Shown here piece by piece: positions 35,580 through 47,300 of a stretch of 64,000 bases of DNA (position 1 is the stretch's first letter; each line of letters begins with the position of its first letter). The notes under the pieces are model-generated. The model saw nothing but the letters and a program-made list of their open reading frames with translations. It was not told where the DNA came from and searched no databases. The DNA comes from Chara braunii (taxonomy: Eukaryota > Plantae > Charophyceae): the NCBI GenBank assembly GCA_003427395.1, contig BFEA01000032.1:1339284-1403283 (forward strand), given 5' to 3'. The translations under genes were made by a program, and so were the position numbers.

Positions 35580-36825
35580 TGTAATAACCCGTGTAGTAAG
35601 CCTCCCTGAAACTGAGACCGAGACTGAACAGGGGGAAAAATACCCCAACCAGGACTCAAGGCCTGGACGAGGCATAGTTGACAAAGTCAATTGTCGAGTA
35701 TTCCAACAGTCAAAGTTCAAAGGTACCTAGCCCAAGATGCAGGTCAAGCACACACACTAGTTTGTATGCAGGTACCCAGACAACATCAGGTCCAAGAGCC
35801 TGAGAGAAGTCTGCAATTGTACAATCCGGACCCTCAGCTGTGATTCAATCTGGACGACAGTGGGAAAAATATTCAAGGCCAGAAAACCTCGACATCTGTT
35901 ACTTAAGGCTGGCCTCAAGGAAGTCAAGCATTCAGTCTTGCTATGCTGCTTTGACGCTGGTTCGACTTTTGCACGAGGCTGGTTTCATGCTGGCTGTGCT
36001 CAGGCGCTGCGGACGACAATACGAGGAGGAGGCAACATGCTGACGCTTCTTCAACGCGTCAGGCCATTATGATGTGGCGCCATCTCTGGTCTACGTGGCA
36101 GGTTGATGAGTTGCTATCTCTGGTATATGTGGCACTGCCTCTGGTCAACGTGGCAAACTGATGTGGCGCTGCCTCTGATATATGTGGCGCAGCCTATGAT
36201 CTACGTGGCATGTTGTTGGGGCGTTGCCTTTGGTATACGTGGCGCTGCCTCTGATCTACTTGGTATGTTGACGTGGCGTTTCCGCTGGTATACGTGGCGT
36301 TGCCTTAGTCTACGTGGCATGCTGATGTTGCGCTGCCGCTGATCAACATGGCGCCACTACTGATCTACATTGGTGATATGGCGATTATCACTTGTTTCGA
36401 TAGTTGCTGTGACATTGTCCACGATGTCTACATGAGGTGACTTGTTGAGAGGAGGAGGAAGATCGGGATCTGTGGTTGAAGGAGAACAGGTACTCACTTG
36501 GGTTGAAGCCGATACTAAAATCTGCAATGTCTTCATGGTCTTCATGAGATTGAGTGTCACGTGACACTTCCGTGTGTGATCAGGAATATACTTATTATCA
36601 TTGTTGATGTTAGGAGGGAAGAAGCCCGGAGAAGAAGAGGGTTCAGAAGGGATTCCTATGTGAATCTTCATTTTCTCCTTTGTCTATTCCCCTTCCACCC
36701 TCTTCTATTGATGATAACGAGATACTGTTTGAGATATTTCTTCATGTGTTGAAGACTTTGTTGCAAATACCGACTCTACAAGTATTTGACGACTTCTGAG
36801 TATCTGCCAAACCGGGTTCATTACA
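35580..36825 (+). mobile_element. 3' LTR of the chromovirus (~1.25 kb)
   Basis: Begins TGTAATAACCCG just after pol and a short purine-rich stretch; ends CGGGTTCATTACA (terminal inverted repeat, TG...CA). Confidence 0.85.
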
Positions 36826-37094
36826 TAATTATCAAAATTGATAAAAATTGTTAAACGACGCTGATTAAAAATTTTGTTTCGTTAAAAAAAATAAATGTCT
36901 TTTAATGCATAACCATTTAGCTTCATTCCAAAATTTAAAATTGTAAGTATTACGGACATGTGCTAATTAAATTGTATGCATGTGCTAATTATATCTTATG
37001 ATCCGGCCACTTGTGGGGACGAATCGTCCGGAGTGAAGTTTTTCGTTTCTGTGATACGAAAATTTTGAGTTTAGTTTAAAAAAGTTGTTTGTAT

Positions 37095-37277
37095 TAATAT
37101 TTTGTTTGTATTAATATTTTACATAACATATATTTTTTCAGATGTTTTGGAGAACTGTTTTGCTTTTTTGTTTTTTTTAACATTTTTATGTTCGTGTTCG
37201 GACAGTTTCGGCACTCGTTCGCGTTCGGTCCCGAACGTTCGGGTTCGGTCACCGAGCCCGAACACAATGCTACACAG
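37095..37277 (-). mobile_element. Terminus of the same TIR-transposon family as the 5151-5514 MITE
   Basis: Reverse complement reads CTGTGTAGCATTGTGTTCGGGCTCGGTGACCGAACCCGAACGTTCGGGACCGAACGCGAACGAG..., colinear with 5151-5325. Confidence 0.85.
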
Positions 37278-38704
37278 GATTATTCTATTATTTGATATTT
37301 ATAATTAAATCACGCGCTCGTTGGTTTTGACCGGAATTTACCTATTTATTTTTCCTCTTTGAATTTAACGGGTTTCCCCCGTTGATATTGTCAGATTTTA
37401 CTCAATTTTTACCTTTCATATTGCCCGCGTGTTATTGCGTGTACGATACCCCTAACTTACCGGATTCCCATGGGCGACTGAGTGACACGTGGGAACTCGG
37501 GTGAACAGTCGATACGAGCATTCGGCAGTCTGGTACAACCGACATCTGGCCAGGATTGAGACCGGTATGGCCACTGCTCCAGCATTGGTAAACTCACGAC
37601 AACTCAGTACTCACGGCAGTTTGGTACTATCATCTCTCGAACGACCATTGGTCCGACATTGGTCTGGTACGGTCACTGGTTCGGTACTGCTGCTACTCGC
37701 TGCAGTTCGGAGCTATTATTTTTTATGTACTTGCTGATTCGGAATTGGTACAGTTTACTGCCAATCGACGTTGTTATTCCTTGGTACAACACTCGGTGCA
37801 GTTAAGGGGCTTGGAACAGCTCGCTTAGCCTGAGGGTCCGACAGTTCTCAACTCACGGGGCAGTGGTCCAAGACATTCGATCCGGGCCAAAACCATTGGT
37901 ACCAACGATGGGTAACGTTCGGATCCGTGGGCCTGCAACCACCGATACCGATACTCCCAGCACTCCGTTTAAGGCTGAGGGCTAGTGAGCCAACGGGATG
38001 GGGGCCACCCGTGTGAGATATAGGGCAGACCACCAGAAGATCAAGGGGACTGAAACAACCGGAAGGAATACAACGCACGAGCAGGGAACCACAACGAGCT
38101 CAAGCCCACACAAAATCAATTACACAATGGCCGTTTAGGATGGACCAAGGTACTCGCGTTAAGTTGAGCGGCATTGTTCAAAGGAGGGGTCGAGCGCGGT
38201 ACCGGGTGGAGTCTGCGTCCACCACAGGGCATTGACACCGCCCTGCCGGATCATTGCAACCATTCTGGAACTAACAGCGAGGTCTTCGTAAATGCAATCG
38301 CAAACTAATTGAGAGCCGCAACTCTCTTGAAAGAAAGAGGACGGATCCAAGAAAATACCACTCGGGAGGAACGGTTCGTGAGAGACGCCTTTATGGCAAG
38401 ACGGGGTCCTGGGAGCCTTGGACTGGACCTACCTGCCGGATGTGAGGTGGTACCTTAGAGATGACGCCCGTCCCATACTGACAAAATGTCGGACTAAGTA
38501 GAAGGATGAGGTGCTACCTGCCGCGGGAGGACTGATCACCTTCCCTTCGATGAGCAGGTGGACCGTTGTTCTTGACTCAGTTGGTGGGCCAAGGTTCCGT
38601 ACCTTCGAGTGAGAACCAGTCGTGCGATGGGGACATCGCACTCGGAGTGGGGGGAAGGTGTGCTATCTACCAATGAAAAAGCGTGCAAAAAAAAAAAGAT
38701 AAGG

Positions 38705-39490
38705 TTGCCATGAGCTCGAGAAAAACATGTGTACTTGATTTTGTTTGGGTTTGAGAAAGGTCTGATAAGATGTCCAGAAGAAAAAAAAATTGCGCAATTG
38801 ACTTTTGCGGGGGTTTGAGAAAGGTCTGGCAAGATGTCCTGAAGAGAAAACATTGTGTAATTGACTTTGTGTGGGCTTGAGAAAGGCCTGGCAAGATGTC
38901 CAGAGAAAAAAAAAATTGTGTAATTGACTTTGTGTGGGCTTGAGAAAGGCATGACGAGATTTCCAAAAGAGAAAGAAATTGTATAATTGACTTTGTGTGG
39001 GCTTGAGAAAGGTCTGGCAAGATGTCCAGAAGAAAAAAAAATTGTGTAATGGACTTTGCGTGGGCTTGAGAAAGGCTTGGCAAGATGTCCAGAAGAGAAA
39101 GAAATAGTGTAATTGACTTTGCGTGAACTTGAAAAAGATCTGGCAAGATGTCCAGAAGAGAACGACATGTGTAATTGACTTTGCTTGGGCGTAAGAAAGG
39201 CCTGACAAGATGTTCAGAAAAAGAAGATATGTGTAATTGACTTTGTGCGGGCTTGAGAAAGGCCTGACAAGATGTCAAGAAGAGAAAAACATGTGTAATT
39301 GATTTTGTTTGAGTTTGAGAAAGGTCTGGCAAGATGTCCAGAAGAGAGAGACATGAGGAAATGACTTTGCATGTGTTTGAGACGAGTCTGGTAAAATGTC
39401 CGAAAAAGAAAGACATGTGTAATTGACTTTGTTTTGACTTAAGAAAGGTCTGGCAAGATGTCCATAAGAAGGATGCATGTGAAATTGATT
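38705..39490 (+). repeat. ~60-bp tandem repeat, about 13 copies
   Basis: Unit aattgactttgtgtgggcttgagaaaggtctggcaagatgtccagaagaaaaaaaaattgtgt. Confidence 0.95.
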
Positions 39491-39779
39491 GGGTCTTGCC
39501 TAACAAGGAAGATATTCGTGTGAAATAAATAGAGTTAGAGAAAAGCCGGCAAAATGGCTTGGAAGAAATGTATGTGAATTTAGTTGAGCATAAGATTGAG
39601 GAAAGTACGACATGAGGCGTGGATCGCACAGTTCGAAGAACCAATCTAAAAAGACAATAAAAGTGATAGAAACCGGAAAAGGGACTTGGGTGACACGGGA
39701 TGGGAGGAGAATCAGTCAAAGGGCGTTAGGGATGGCGAGGCCTCGGGGAGAAGCAGGGGCAGCGAGAGGAGGGAGACGA

Positions 39780-40035
39780 AAGGAGACTTGATGTACTTCC
39801 GGCGACGAATGAGAAGAGGGAAGTTGAGAAAAGACTTGATGTACTTCGAATGATGAATGAGAAGAGGGAAGTTGAGAAAAGGATTGATGTACTTCGGGTG
39901 ATGAATGAGAAGAGGAAAGTTGAGAACAGGTTTGATCATCTTTGATGTACTACGGGTGATGAATGAGAGGAGAAAAATGGAAAAGGGACCTGATGTTCTA
40001 AGAGTGATGAACAAGACGAAAGGGCTCTGATGTTC
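39780..40035 (+). repeat. ~48-bp degenerate tandem repeat, about 5 copies
   Basis: ttgatgtacttc...gatgaatgagaagagggaagttgagaa recurs. Confidence 0.8.
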
Positions 40036-41294
40036 TACACACCTCTCCCCGCTTCAAGGCCGGAGACTAGAAGAAACCCGATAAAAGAGCAAGAAAAGAC
40101 AAAACGGACCCTGCCAAACTAACCACCTATGACATCACGTCCTCCTCTCCCATCCATCCCTCCAAACCCCCACTGACAAAAGATTGGTGCGCGATGAGGA
40201 CTGAGTGGGGGGAATGTGTCGGGACCGGTGGGTCCCAAATAACATCCCACCACTCGAGAGACTGTATATAGCCAGATTGTGCACGACAGAGAAATCTAGA
40301 AAAATGAGGTAAGAGAGAAAATAAACAAAGGACTAGGCCGCAGGAAGGAATGATGCCCTGGGTTGAGAACCGTCGAGGGAAAGAACCAGCGACGTCAAGT
40401 AAGTAAGCGCGAGGACATGGGCACATAGGACCACTGCAATTCGGCTTAACTAAGACCAAGGGGGCGTCAACTTGCAAAATGCGGCACGGCGGACGACAAG
40501 AGAATAGGGCGGCGGAGAGGTGGACGGCTCCGGTGCCCGTGGGACGCTAAAAATGAAGGGCCCAACATGGGGGCCGCCCACTGCAGTTAGCGAGGGCCTC
40601 AGAGTGGAGGCCCCGCAATCGAAGAAATCGGGGTGCGCAAGGCCCGAGAAAGACAAGGGAGAGGGGTCGTCGTGGGGCGGATGATGCCCAAAGAACGTGG
40701 GACACCTTGGGGAAGGGCACCAGGAGCCACGTAAGACTAAGTAAAAATAATGGTATCCGGAACAAAAATAATGGTATCCGGAACTAAGCGTCGGGGACCA
40801 CCGGCGGGACAAAGAGTCGGGGGCCACCAGTGGGACTAAGTGTCGGGGACCACCGACGGGACAAGTAGTGGGACACGTGAAGGTCTCAAGAAGAAATGGC
40901 GGTGCCACATGAGAAAAAAATCATTAAGACAAGGTGCACCTTCAAGATCGAGATCTTGACGACCAAAAATATTAGCACCGCAAACACTAGCGGTAGCAAA
41001 TGAGAAGGCCAAAAGAAAAAAAAAAAGTAAAGAAACTTGAAGTGGGAGGCATGGGAGCAATCCGAAAAATCTCGGATCAGCCCCCCTCAAGAAAATGGAG
41101 TCAAAAGAGACCCCGTGTGACAAATAGGCCTCCTGGAGAAAATCGAAGAAGGAAGGGCCACTGTGGGGGAAAAATAGAGGTAAAAGGAAGCTCCCATGGG
41201 CATGAGCAGGCCATTATTCCGGTTCGAGATATAATGGACTGTACCTTGGGTATAGGAAGGGCCAAAACAAAAAAAAGAAAGGACCTAGAAAAAG

Positions 41295-41975
41295 GTCTTG
41301 AAGGGTAGTTGACACTTGGCATATCAAGAAAAAAAANNNNNNNNNNNNNNNNNNNNNNNNNNNNNNNNNNNNNNNNNNNNNNNNNNNNNNNNNNNNNNNN
41401 NNNNNNNNNNNNNNNNNNNNNNNNNNNNNNNNNNNNNNNNNNNNNNNNNNNNNNNNNNNNNNNNNNNNNNNNNNNNNNNNNNNNNNNNNNNNNNNNNNNN
41501 NNNNNNNNNNNNNNNNNNNNNNNNNNNNNNNNNNNNNNNNNNNNNNNNNNNNNNNNNNNNAGGGACTGGCAGGTCCCTACTGTTCACAAATAGGGGGAAA
41601 TGAAAAGAAAAAAAAAGAAAAGTGAGAAGAAAAGAAAGGAGAAAGGGACCTTAACGGCTAGTTGACACTTGGCATGCAAGAAAAAAAAAATAAAAATGAA
41701 AGAAAATAAAAGAGAAGAGAAAAAAAAGTGAAAAGGGCCTGAACGGCTAGTTAACACTTGGCATGCTAGAAAAAGAGAGAGAAATAAAAAAAAATAAAAG
41801 AGAAGAGAAAATAAAAGAAAAAAGAGTCTTAACGGCTAGTTGACACTTGGCAAGCTACAAAAATAGAAAGAAAAGAAAAGGTGGGAGAATAATATAAAAA
41901 AAGTGAGAGGGAGTGAATGAGTTGGTCGTCAGTCGGGACTTCCACATGTAGGGACTGGCAGGTCCCTACTGTCCA
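41295..41975 (+). repeat. ~90-bp purine-rich repeats with core aacggctagttgacacttggca, plus a duplicated hairpin agggactggcaggtccct
   Basis: Core at ~41305, 41652, 41741 and 41830; hairpin at 41561 and 41950. Confidence 0.8.
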
Positions 41976-42017
41976 AAAAAAGAGAAAAAGAAAAAAAAAG
42001 AAAAGAGAAAGGAAAAG

Positions 42018-42725
42018 TGTGACGGACCCTCCCCGGGATGGTGGTCCGTCTGGATCAAGACGAAGGGATGAGCATGGGGGAGATGGAGATGGAGCTGGAA
42101 GGGACAACGCAACTCCAACGCAGACTCAACACACACGTACTCCAAACTGTGCAAATGAAGAATGGCGAAAAACAGACAACAGCTGGGGTATACCCCAGCG
42201 GACCGACAGGACTGAACTGGACTGGCCTGACCTGGTACCGACAATGGTACCGGGCAGGACGAGACTGGACTGAAACAATGTACGGCCTGTAGGGTCAGGC
42301 CACGACCTGGTCCCAAATAGCCAAATAGGCCCTACTTGTAGGCCAGGGTGGATGACTGCACGATCCTCAGACCTGTAATGGATCGCAAGAGCCATAAACA
42401 CGCTATCCGCAAAAGCAGCGGAACTCTATAATAAAGAAAGCTTAGAAGTCTAGGATGCGGAGCAAGCTCCATGCTGAGTCGATGCGATGCAGCTTAAGCT
42501 ACATAATGTCAAAAGAAAAGCAAATGTCTGGTATACATGTCCTAACTAACAAAAAAAAATGAAATGTAGCAATATACAATCCTAAAGTCCTGGAGGCAAT
42601 TGCTTCAGTGCTGAAAAGGAAAAGAGCAATATGACATAAGATAATGTCCTGTCGGTGAACCACTAAGAGTGAGATGGTCTCAGAGGGGGTGAATGCAGCC
42701 TAAGAAACTCTTAAGGGCGGTCACA
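42018..42725 (+). mobile_element. Putative LTR (~708 bp)
   Basis: TGTGACGGACCC...GGGCGGTCACA inverted termini, preceded by a polypurine tract; no TSD and no partner LTR seen. Confidence 0.55.
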
Positions 42726-43425
42726 CATGAAGGTGGGATAGGTCATCAGGCTCAGTGGTAGCGAAACAAAACCAAGGACCCTAACAGATAGACCATCAGG
42801 GCGGGTAATGCTCAACAAAAGGATGACACCATGGAGGCTCGACCATGAAAAAGAGAGAGTCTGGAATATGGTGGAGATATGCCTAACTGAAGGCATGCAA
42901 GGGCCGACACTAGGGTGATGAGGGCAGTGGGTGAGGGAAACATGCACACAACTCACCGACTGGGGGAGGAGGGAGCTAGATCTGGGAGCAAGGAAACCAA
43001 CATAATGGTACGGTCCCAATGCTTATGCGATACCAAGGAAGAACCCAACTCAAAGAGACCCAGCTAAGTGAGAACCATCATGCGATAAATGCAAGGGAAT
43101 ATACAGGGTAGGGTGGTGGCGTGAAGTAGTCACGTCCAAAGCAGCTGAACCCGATAAGATGGTTGAAGTCGAGAAGGTGACTGAAGTCGTCGAGGTGGTC
43201 TATGACATCGATGAAGTAGAAGTCGAGGTCGATGTCGAAGCAGAACCGCAAAACGTTGACATCCTGAAGAAAACCTGATGATAGAGTATCTGATGGTGTG
43301 AGTCAGTGGGGAAAGATGCAGGATAGCACGAGTGTCGTACTTATGCGGTATTCAGGAGTCGTCTGCAAAGAAAGAATATGACAGAATTATTTGGAATGCC
43401 AAGATTCGATGAAAAAAAAAAAGAC

Positions 43426-46400
43426 TCATCCAAAAACTTCATGATATACATTGTTCTTCGTTAAAAAATTCTTATAAGGCAACGCAATACGAATGTTGTT
43501 GGGATGACCAACACTCGACAAAGCAACATGCAGTTGGTCATGCGCAAGAACCGGTTTGTGTAGCCAAGCCCCGACACGGGATACAGTTTTTCCTTGCGAC
43601 TTGTTAATCGTTACAGCAAAAGCAAGACAGACTGGAAATTGCCTCCTAAACCATTTGAACCCCGTTGTCTCACCATCGCTTGTCAGATCAATCTTGGGGA
43701 TCAATGTTGTTTTACCCGTGTACATTATTGTCACTTCCAACAAATCATCATTAACGATCTTCTTCAGAATCAGCCTTGTACCGTTGCAAAGTCCTTGCTT
43801 CAGTGATAAATTTCGCAAAAGCATCACAGGTGCACCACTTTTTAAGCGCAGCTTGTGAGGTGGAAGGCCAAATTCATCGAGAGAGTTTAAGAACTCTCGC
43901 TTAATACCAAACCCGGTATCATCCGAATCAGGATAATCAACGCTGAAAAGGTCACGCACCTCCCCAGGGAAGTCGTTAACAACACGGTTGTTAACAGAAC
44001 CGGCATCATCATTAGTAGGGCATATAATTAATCGAGGCAAGAAATACTCACCATTCCCCACATGGTTCGACACATCATCAAACGTCCATGAAATCAACTC
44101 ATCAATCGGTTTATCCGTACAAATCTCACGTGGCAATCTGACCACATCACGTTCATTAGGAACAACACGAGGATGATCACCATTCTCAATACGCATCAAA
44201 AAGTGGGCATACATTCGTGTTATTTCATCATTTCTTAAGATTTCGCATATTTTCAGTTAGTTGATGAACCTCAAAAAGTTTTCACAAAGGAGACATTTTC
44301 ATTGACGCATCAACTTGTTGAGCTCGCGATCCGTGTTTCACAACGGCAAAACCTGTCTGAAATCCCCAGCTAGAAGTAAAACTTTCCCACCAAACAGTTC
44401 GTCATTGTTACACAGGTCTCAAAGCGTGATGTCAGGAGCTTCCAAGTGAAACTTGAAACTTTTTACTCATCGGAGCCTCGTCCCAAACAATCAAGTCCGC
44501 ACGGCGGATAAGCTTCACGAGATCACTTTGTTTCGGAATCAAGAAGGGACGCGTGTTATCAAGTTTCAAAGGTGCGCGAAATCGTGAGTGAAACGTTTGA
44601 CCGCCGTACAGAGGAACCTCCTCTTTAGGAACATGCTCATTCAAAAAGTTGTGTTTCATCCATGCCGTCAATTTCGTTTTCGGGGGCCCTTGCGAAACAA
44701 CGTCATGCTCAGTGTCAGGTTCGAATTGCACTTTTTGCATGTTTTCGAGATGCACGGGTCATTGTTCTACAACGTCGAACTTAAATAGACACCAGCATGC
44801 TTCGCATACACCGACAACATGCATATCTTGATACAATTTGATCTCGTCGATGGACGCATTATTATCTTGCTCACAAACCATAGCACGATCACACCCTTTA
44901 TACACGTACTTATACACGTACTTGCACGCCTTGATGTTAGCACAATATTCAACGTTTATGTTGCAATTAAACCTCATTAGCAAGTACGAGTAATACGAGA
45001 CTACACGCCGATGGTCGTAATTGACTCTATTTTGAACAATCGTAAAACCATCGTCACTTGGTTTTCTTCTTCTATACGAAGGGTACGTTTGTTCGTCTTT
45101 GAATGTTGTTGTTGAAATGAAGTTTTTCCGAAACCCTTTTGTGCATTCCCCGTCCTCCGTACAGGAAGCGTCGTGTTTGTCAGCACCGCAAATTCCTTGC
45201 AACATAAACTTGACCACCATTTCTCTCAATTCCTCTTCCGGAGGAATCTCGACACACACCACATTGTCAACAGCATCCGCATCCTGAATTTCATTATTCG
45301 GACGCAAGATAACCAATATATGTGCGTGTGATTGACCCCTTTTTTGAAACTCCAGCATATACAACATTCCATTCACCCTACCAAAGATCCGTTTATTCTT
45401 TATCTCATCAATTAGTTGTGCAAGAACCTTTGAACACTCACGCCAGAAGATCCGGCTTGTCGTTAGGACATTGACCTGGCAACATGGTTATTTGATCTCC
45501 GGCCAGTTAGTGTTGCACGCCATAGTAATGAAAATATCCGGTTTTTCGAATCACCTCACAATTGACATGCTGTCGTGATATCTTTCACTCATATATCGGG
45601 ACCCCCTAGTGAACGTTGACGGTAAAACCACTTTTGTCTCAACACCATCACCACGTTGATTTTGTTACACGGCGTCTCTTAAATCCTAATAATACTTTGA
45701 GCGCAATTCTTTCTGGTGGAATGTTCTGCCGAATGAAGGCCTTCCCTTCGCATTTGTTTATTTCTTGGAGATCCGTCAACTCTGGGCCTCTTTCTTATTT
45801 ACAAGGGGCCCAGTCAGTCTCGATAAGCGGAGGGATTTAACTTTAGCGTACGCCATGCAACAAAACTCATGGAAGAGACGTGCTGCATAAAGGATGTAAG
45901 GCCTTTCACCATCGAGCTCGTGAAGGTGAAAAGCATAGTACTCCTTGGCACTAAGTCCTGGCGGCCATCCAACTTCCGAGGCACGTCGAACAGACCAACT
46001 ATCAATTCCCTCCGGGAAAAGTAAAACAAACCTTAAGCAGTTGTGCGCTCGAGAACATTCCGGAACCACAACCGTTTGCCGCTCACCCGGAAGAGGAGCA
46101 CGCCAATGAATATCGAGCTCACGAGGAAGGAGTTCATCGACCATCAGAACACACAGCTCATGTAAACCCATAGGACGGTTATAACGCCTTGCATGTTCCT
46201 GATCAGGCATGGCATCCGGATTTATGACCAACTTCCTCCCGTTCAACGCTTCCGGCGGAAGGTGAACAACCGTTATAAAGTCCTTCACGCAATTGCTACA
46301 TCGTTGTAGCAATTGCTGAAACCTTCTCAATATGCGTTTCGCTCGATCAAGTTCGGCATCGGGTGTACGTGCAGGTAAGTTAAGGAGATCTACCCTTTGA

Positions 46401-47300
46401 TCAATCGTATCGTCCAAACGTTGAGGATCGTGCAAGTATAGTTGCGCAAACTGAGGACGTTCGTCTTCCCCCACAGCCAATGCACTGACACGATGAAAGA
46501 TTGGACCTTGAGCCCTAAGTTGGCATTGGAATCCTCAAACACCATCACTCGGTTGCTTCAACAACGAGGATGCAAGGGATAAACTATTATTAATTGTCCT
46601 TGCATTGTTTCGAAGGAATCGACCATCGGAACTTTGAGACGTCCAAAGGGAAAGAATCTCATGCTCCGGGGAGCCTTCGCAAAGTCATTCTCATAGAGAA
46701 CAACACTTTGTACCTTTTCGGCAACACATCTCTGTCCATTTTTTTTAATGATGCTACAATTCAGCACCACAATGCTTACATGGATTTCGACCGCCAATGC
46801 CAGACGGTTCAACAGTGCTAGCATTCCCAAATATCGCCACTGTGTTCTCAATCGCCGCATACGTTGTTGTCACGGGTGCAGATGGGAGTGCATTAAGATC
46901 AGGAGCCGGAACATCATGAGAATCATTAATTTCTTCCTCGTGACTATTTGACTCACTATCTTCGGGATTGTTCATTGAATTTCGATTTCTCACAGATGGA
47001 TTTTGCGGTTGTCTCCCTCGCGATGACACACTCCACAAGTACCGCGCCCGAGAAGATTGACTCTGTGATTGTCTCGCAGGAGAAGATGCATTCCTCGACT
47101 GCGCAAAGGCACTCGTTCGAATCTCTTGAAGGATATTCACAGCGAACAAACTTCGCCTCACACCCCGTACAAAATTTTTATGAGCACCCACATCTTCTTT
47201 CCTCCTATAATTCTTAAACGCAGCTCTCAATGCATGCATACGTTTAACATAAATGTTTGGTCGTCTTCCCTGACTTTTCCTCCGTTATGAAATCATACGC
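43426..47300 (-). mobile_element. Helitron Rep-Helicase pseudogene (Helitron-like N domain, HUH Rep, Pif1-family helicase)
   Basis: RPQFAQLYLHDP and HARRYNRP; LPSTFTRGPRYM; motif 1 KPDIFITMACNTNWPEI; motif 2 EFQKRGQSHAHIL; motif 3 KYVYKYVYKG; helicase LIVWDEAPM, LLAGDFRQ, LPPHKLRLK..PVMLLRNL..GLCNGTRL, RRQFPVCLAFAVTINKSQG; frameshifts and stops. Confidence 0.97.

Noticed and set aside
37440-38100. 5' LTR partner of the 42018-42725 LTR-like unit or of the 35580-36825 LTR
   Set aside because: No colinear similarity to either could be seen by eye
38536-39719. ORFs of 181-350 aa with repeated peptides
   Set aside because: Products of the 60-bp tandem repeat, open in several frames at once
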